DNA from: Antechinus flavipes
Lineage: Eukaryota
Direction of reading: 5' to 3'
DNA length: 64,000 nt
NCBI RefSeq assembly: GCF_016432865.1
Contig: NC_067400.1
Location: forward strand, 54,374,001-54,438,000
Under the pieces are notes generated by a model. That model saw only the letters and a list, made by a program, of their open reading frames with translations. It ran no database searches and was not told the origin of the DNA. Positions within the stretch are counted from its first letter, which is position 1. Every line of letters starts with the position of its first letter. Shown in pieces: positions 61,523 through 64,000 of this stretch. The position numbers were made by a program, and so were the translations under genes.

Positions 61523-63445
61523 GTGGGAAAACTTTCCACCAATCGGTAAGATTTCACAGGGGTTTAGCAATAGAGCATTGGCCTGAGACTTAAGGAGATG
61601 AGGTCCTAAACCTCACTCTGCCAGTGACTTAACATAAGACCTCATGCATGTCACTTGCACAGACTCAGAGAAAAACCAATCCTCTCAGAACATGAGAGGG
61701 CAACGTGATTCTAATTTACCTCATTTCCCAAAATAAGAAGCTTAAATAAGATGGACCCTGAGATTATTGCCAGCTCTGAGGTCTGACTGCTATTATTCAC
61801 CCCTGCTCTTTTCTGGCCTGAATAGAATTGAGGCATCCATGAACATATATGATCCTTTGAGTTATTTGCACTTAATGCCCCTTCTCAAAGGCACTGTTGC
61901 AACTGAGATCTGTCTCCCTAAGAGGCTTGTCTCTCAATACAATTGGCCTCAGACAATGAGAAAAGGACATAGCCCAGCTACTGGAGAATAGTCAAGCCTA
62001 TGAGCCAAGCAAAGTGGAATCATGATTTTTAAAAATATTTTCTTTCTCATTGAGTCTCACCCTCTTCTGTCTTTTCTATCTTTAATCTTGTTCTTTCTAT
62101 ATGTACTATATATTATTTTACTACTCTGCTGCTTTGGAGTCTTTCTAAATCTTTACTAATTTTTCTCAATAAAATCCAAAAAATCACCATAAAATGACTT
62201 GTGATTCTTTTTTGTTTGAATATATGGAAAACTCTAAGAGAAGCACAATCATATCCTCTTGAGGACTGGATTTTCTCAGAAAAATGGGGCTCTTATCATG
62301 TTGCTACTAAGGGTTAAGGGTTCAATAGATGAAAAGCACTCAGTTCAGAGACTACACAAATTTCCATGCCATTGTTTTGCATCTTACCTTGGGAATCCTC
62401 AAGGAAATGATCCCTGCTCACAAACCAATGTTGAGAAATGTTTTCCCTCCATCACATGTTTATTGAACATTTCTGATGAATAAAGACAACATAGCCTTAT
62501 CCCTGGAAATGGGGATACCTTTAAAAAATGATCTGAATTGAATTAACACCATCTCAATATCTGTACAACCCCAAATATGGTATTCTCCCTGTGCCCAGTC
62601 TGACACAATTCCATGATAGGAAAAATTACAGAGGCACTACAAGGCTAACATAGACCCAGGTTTCCTCCTTTCAGTCATAGCTCTCCTTGGAGTGGAGCAC
62701 CCTAAAATATCTGAGGAGCCCTCTAATTAACTTGAAAAGAAGCATACCTTAAGTAGGAGCCACTACCACATTGTTCCTTTACTCTTTTGTTCCTCATGCT
62801 CCATCACAGTCATGGGGATATTGCTACTGATTGTGCCAAAAGGAACCCTCAAGTCAAAGTCAGCATGTAAGCACTGGAAGTGCTGCCAGTCTAGAGCTTC
62901 CTAAAGGAAAAGTCCTCCCTGGTGTGGCTGTCCTGAGCAATATCTAATGGATAGAGCTTTCTTGTCTGTTGGTCCAAGTCCTTAAGATGGCAAAACCTTA
63001 TTTTACCTTCCTTAGTGTACCTGAACACATTGTTGTGATTTGTAACATATGTGTATGTGTGTGTTTTGCCTTAAGAAACAAAGTTGACAATCCAGAAAAA
63101 ATTATTGACTGTTCTATTTTTCTTTTGAATTCAACCTTGTTAGTGTATTAGTAACTCATTTTGTAAGTACAGTATGAAAATAAGATATAATCCTGGTGGG
63201 GATTTTTCTCTCACTGGTATGATTTGCATAAATATCTATGTTATATGTATTTTTTAAATGTTAAAGTAAAAGGAGTTGTTATCCATATTTTCTTTCTCTT
63301 TGGAATTGTACAATCTAGCTTTCTTAGGATTGTAGCAGCAATTTTTATCACTAACCGCAGTGTAGAAACAATATGATGACTATTTCATAAGGGAAGATTA
63401 ATAATGTTCTATTAAATGAATACTCATGAATATGTGTTCGTGTGA

Positions 63446-63471
63446 GTGTGTGTGTGTGTGTGTGTGTGTTT

Positions 63472-63510
<39 letters not shown>

Positions 63511-63706
63511 GGAGGAGTAAGAGGAGGAGGAAAGAGAGGAGAAAGAAACAGAAAGGGAAAGAAAGAGGAAATGAGAAAGAAAAGGAGGAGAGAAAAAAGG
63601 AAAAGGAGAAGAAGAAGGAATAGAAAAAGAAGAAGAATAGGAGGAGGAGGAAGTAAAGGAGGAAGTGAAGGAGGAAGAGAAGGAAAAGGAGGAGGAGGGG
63701 AAGGAG
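63446..63706. repeat. (GT)n, (GA)n and polypurine tract
   Basis: (GT) run about 63446-63469, (GA) run about 63474-63504, then GA-rich sequence. Confidence 0.95.
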
Positions 63707-64000
63707 CACAAAGCTGCAAACTATTGGTCAGGGAATTTGGCCTGGTAATGTAGAAATAATAGAAATATCTAGTACTAAATAATAGGTCAGTGGGATGGAT
63801 TAAAAACTGAGCAGTTTCAAAGAGTAATTTAAACTCTCAAGGAGGTCTCCAGGGGAGTGCTCTGAGCTTTGCTATTTAATATTTTCAATAATGACATTGA
63901 AAAGAGTGTGGATGACATCCCTAGAAAATTCACAAGGGACAAAAGGGTAGAGGTAACAGTTAACACCACCAAATGATGTCAGGTTTCAAAAGTGTTTTGA

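Larger units (their letters stand above)
19597..64000 (+). repeat. Tandem segmental array of an approximately 6.6 kb ancestral unit carrying one SCYGR-like gene; runs off the window end
   Basis: ATG-to-ATG spacings are 5742, 6324, 8549, 8685, 6294 and 5724 bp. The same ordered relics (3' flank, GA tract, L3, L1, MITE, L3 3' end, L2, MIR3, promoter) recur in each spacer, with lineage-specific indels. Confidence 0.95.

Overview
Marsupial genomic DNA, judged from MAR1- and WSINE1-like SINEs and dasyurid-type L1 3' ends; a Tasmanian-devil-like draft assembly is plausible but unproven, and there are three N gaps. Positions 1-17 kb are transposon-rich with no recognisable coding exon; they hold L1, L2, MIR and MAR1 relics and two solo LTRs with intact target-site duplications. 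Positions 17.5-64 kb hold eight intact single-exon genes for 119-131 aa ultra-high-sulfur proteins (about 44% Cys, 28% Gly, no acidic or aromatic residues). They match the SCYGR (small cysteine and glycine repeat, KRTAP28-type) keratin-associated protein family. One copy is on the minus strand with strongly diverged flanks. Seven plus-strand copies form a tandem array of an approximately 6.6 kb ancestral unit, and each has a TATA box and a distal AATAAA. The family is known, so this is not a new gene class. The notable features are (1) near-identical CDSs inside diverged flanks, (2) two spacer lineages marked by shared L1 and SINE insertions, (3) three independent lesions at the same promoter position, including an inverted template-switch duplication, (4) a MIR relic in every 3' UTR, and (5) a gap-flanking duplication that may hide a further copy. 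Repeat-family names come from recalled consensus similarity, not a database search. Repeat boundaries are approximate unless a TSD is cited.
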